The notes below the pieces were generated by a model. It was not told where the DNA came from, made no database searches, and was given only the letters and a program-made list of their open reading frames with translations. Below are positions 62,283 to 64,000 of a stretch of 64,000 nucleotides of DNA, in pieces. The DNA comes from Squalus acanthias (Eukaryota). How positions within the stretch are numbered: the stretch's first letter is position 1; each line of letters starts with the position of its first letter. Position numbers and translations under genes: made by a program. The stretch is taken from the NCBI GenBank assembly GCA_030390025.1, contig CM059432.1, forward strand, positions 106,890,001-106,954,000. The letters run 5' to 3'.

Positions 62283-64000
62283 CATAGAAATTTACGGCAC
62301 TGAAGAAGGCCATTGTGTCTATGCCGTCCGAAAAAGAGCTATCCAGCCTAATCCCACTTTCCAGCTTTTGGTCCGTAGCCCTATAGATTACGACACTTGA
62401 CGTGTATATCCAAGTACTTTTTAAATGTGATGAGTGTTTCTGCCTCTACCACCCTTTCAGTCAGTGCGTTCTAGACTCCCACCACCCTCTGGGTGAAAAA
62501 CTTTCTCCTCCACTCCCCTCTAATCCTTCTACCAATTACTTCTAATCTATGCCCCCTGGCTATTGACCCTTCTGCTAAGGGAAATAGGTGCTTCCTAGCC
62601 ACTCTATCTAGGCCCCTCATAATTTAAAACACCTCAATTAAGTCTCCCCTCAGCCTCCTCTGTTCCAAAGAAAACAACCCCAGCCTATCCAATCTTTCCT
62701 CATAGCTAGAATTATTCAGTCCTGGCAACATCCTCGGAAATCTCCTCTGTACCCTCTCTAGCACAATCGCATCTTTCCTGTAATGTGGTGACCAGACCTT
62801 TACGCAGTACTCTAGCTGTGGCCTAACTAGTGTTTTATACAGTTCAAGCATAACCTCCCTGCTCTTATATTCTATGCCTCGGCTAATAAAGGAAAGTATC
62901 CTGTTTGCCGCCTTAACCATCTTATGTACCTGTCCTGCTACCTTCCGGGATCTGTGGACATGCACTCCAAGGTGCACTTCTACACTTCTCAGTATCCTAC
63001 CATTTATTGTGTATTCCCTTGCCTTGTTAGCCCTCCCCAAATGCATTACCTCACAATTCTCCGGATTGAATTCCATTTGACACTTTTTTCTGCTCACCTG
63101 ACCAGTGATATCTTCCTGCAGTCTACAGCTTTCTTCCTCACTATCAACCACACGGCCAATTTTTGTATCTTTTTTAAATTATTATTCGTTCATAGGATGT
63201 GGGCATCGCTGGCAAGGCCAGCATTTATTGCCCGTCCCTAGTTGCCCTTGAGAAGCCCTTGATCATCTGCAGACTTCTTAATCATGCCCCCGACATTGAA
63301 GTCTTAAGTCATTAATATATACCACAAAAAGCAAGGGACCCCAGTGGAAACAGCCTTCCAGTCACAAAAATACCCATCGGCCAATACCCTTTGCTTCCTG
63401 CCACTGAGCCAATTTTGGATCCAACTTGCCATTTTTCCTTGGATCCCACAGGCTTTTACTTTTCTGACTAGTCTGCCATGTAGGACGTTGTAAAAAGCCT
63501 TGCTAAAATCCATCTAGACTACATCAAATGCGTTGCCCTCATTGACCCTCCTTGTTGCCTCCTCAAAAAATTCAATCAAGTTAGTCAGACATGACCTTCC
63601 CTTAACAAATCCATGCTGACTGTCCTTGATTAATCTGTGCCTTTCTAAATTATGATTAATACTGTCCCTCAGAATTTTCTCCAATAATTTGTTAGGCTGA
63701 CTGGCCTGTAATTACTCGGTCTATCCCTTTCTTCCTTTTTAAACAACGGTACAACGTTAGGAGTCTTCCAGTCTTCCGGCACCACACCTGTATCCAGAGA
63801 GGTTTGGAAAATGATGGTCAGAGCCTCCGCTATTTCCTCCCTTGCTTCTCGAAACAGCCTGGGATAGATTTCAACTGGGCCTGGCGATTTATCTACTTTC
63901 AAAGATGCTAAACCCCTTAATATTTCCTCTCTCACTATGTTTATCTCATCTGATATTTCACACTCCTCCTCCTTAACTACAATGTCTGCATCGTCCCTCT
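62283..64000 (-). mobile_element. CR1 LINE (RT), running off the window
   Basis: DKSPGP..IYPR, NVVPLFKK, NYRPVSLT, DFSKAF and LVRPQLEYCV ORFs. A short nested LINE tail lies at ~63170-63255. Confidence 0.9.

Overview
Vertebrate genomic DNA, most likely from a cartilaginous fish (shark or ray). This is inferred from the repeat landscape of CR1, L2, RTE, Penelope, tRNA/Deu-type SINEs and PIF/Harbinger elements. The window holds two host genes on the + strand. The first is RECK, with its last five coding exons (497-20812, ending in a GPI-anchor signal). The second is an ACVR1/ALK2-family type I receptor, probably the acvr1l paralogue, seen as a CpG-island promoter with a likely non-coding exon 1 (~46.3 kb), a 67-bp signal-peptide exon (56177-56243) and the ectodomain exon (60813-61070). 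Most of the rest is transposon-derived, and there is a 500-N assembly gap at 46950-47449. Three things stand out. (1) In a RECK intron, an internally deleted Gypsy LTR retrotransposon is fused directly to an apparently spliced 5' end of an N-cadherin (CDH2)-like mRNA that runs on into intron sequence. (2) A ~630-bp near-perfect palindrome, flanked by a target-site duplication (TSD), carries two minimal hammerhead-ribozyme motifs of Penelope type. (3) A complete 4.2-kb PIF/Harbinger element has a dead transposase but an open three-exon Myb/SANT gene. All family assignments come from recognised motifs and remembered protein sequences, not database searches, and the boundaries of degraded repeats are approximate.
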